DNA of 64,000 nt, from the IMG/VR virus record IMGVR_UViG_3300023174_003433, positions 32,001 to 96,000 of that record; one strand, 5' to 3'. A program made the position numbers and the translations under genes. The DNA comes from a virus. Below are positions 63,851 to 64,000 of this stretch, one piece after another; the first letter of the stretch is position 1; each line of letters starts with the position of its first letter. Below the pieces are notes generated by a model that saw nothing but the letters and a program-made list of their open reading frames with translations, searched no databases and was not told the DNA's origin.

Positions 63851-64000
63851 CTACTTATTTTCTTTTGCAAAGAGCTCTGCGTGAAGTCTTAATCTTTCCA
63901 TTTTAGCTTGATGTGCTTCTTCTGTTATGTCAGCATCTTTTGCCATGTCTAAAGCGTATCGATATTCTTCTATAGGATTTCTTTCTTCATCTTGAAAAAC
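63851..64000 (-). CDS. 3' end of a hypothetical protein (truncated by right edge)
   Basis: Open frame ...VFQDEERNPIEEYRYALDMAKDADITEEAHQAKMERLRLHAELFAKENK*. Confidence 0.6.
   Translation of the reverse strand, partial: VFQDEERNPIEEYRYALDMAKDADITEEAHQAKMERLRLHAELFAKENK

Noticed and set aside
1-64000. Stop-codon reassignment
   Set aside because: Core genes translate at full length in the standard code, and TAA, TAG and TGA all appear as gene ends.

Overview
An AT-rich segment of a large T4-like (myovirus) phage genome. Right to left on the mostly used minus strand it carries a cluster of 2OG-Fe(II) oxygenases with a B12-type radical SAM enzyme, then nucleases, a circularly permuted two-piece tmRNA (tag ANDNKFALAA), SleB, gp33, gp59 and gp32. 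A plus-strand block holds gp4, gp2, a tail-tube-family protein, gp26 and two paralogous tape-measure-like genes. Next come the baseplate module (gp48, gp53, hub, split gp5, a gp38-type adhesin, gp25, gp6, gp7, gp8, a DUF4815-type protein) and a long fibre/adhesin region with heptad-repeat stalks, three LamG lectins and a 1788-aa RCC1 protein. A late-promoter-driven tailoring cassette follows (TPR-GT9, sulfotransferase, three methyltransferases, APS kinase fused to an HxGH nucleotidyltransferase), then gp13 and an HNH endonuclease. The strongest observations are (1) 35 RCC1 blades whose junctions parse as five nested 7-blade propellers, (2) the adjacent sulfation/glycosylation/methylation cassette, (3) the permuted tmRNA, and (4) a probable -1 frameshift at the end of gp26. 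All functional calls come from motif recognition by eye; no database searches were run.
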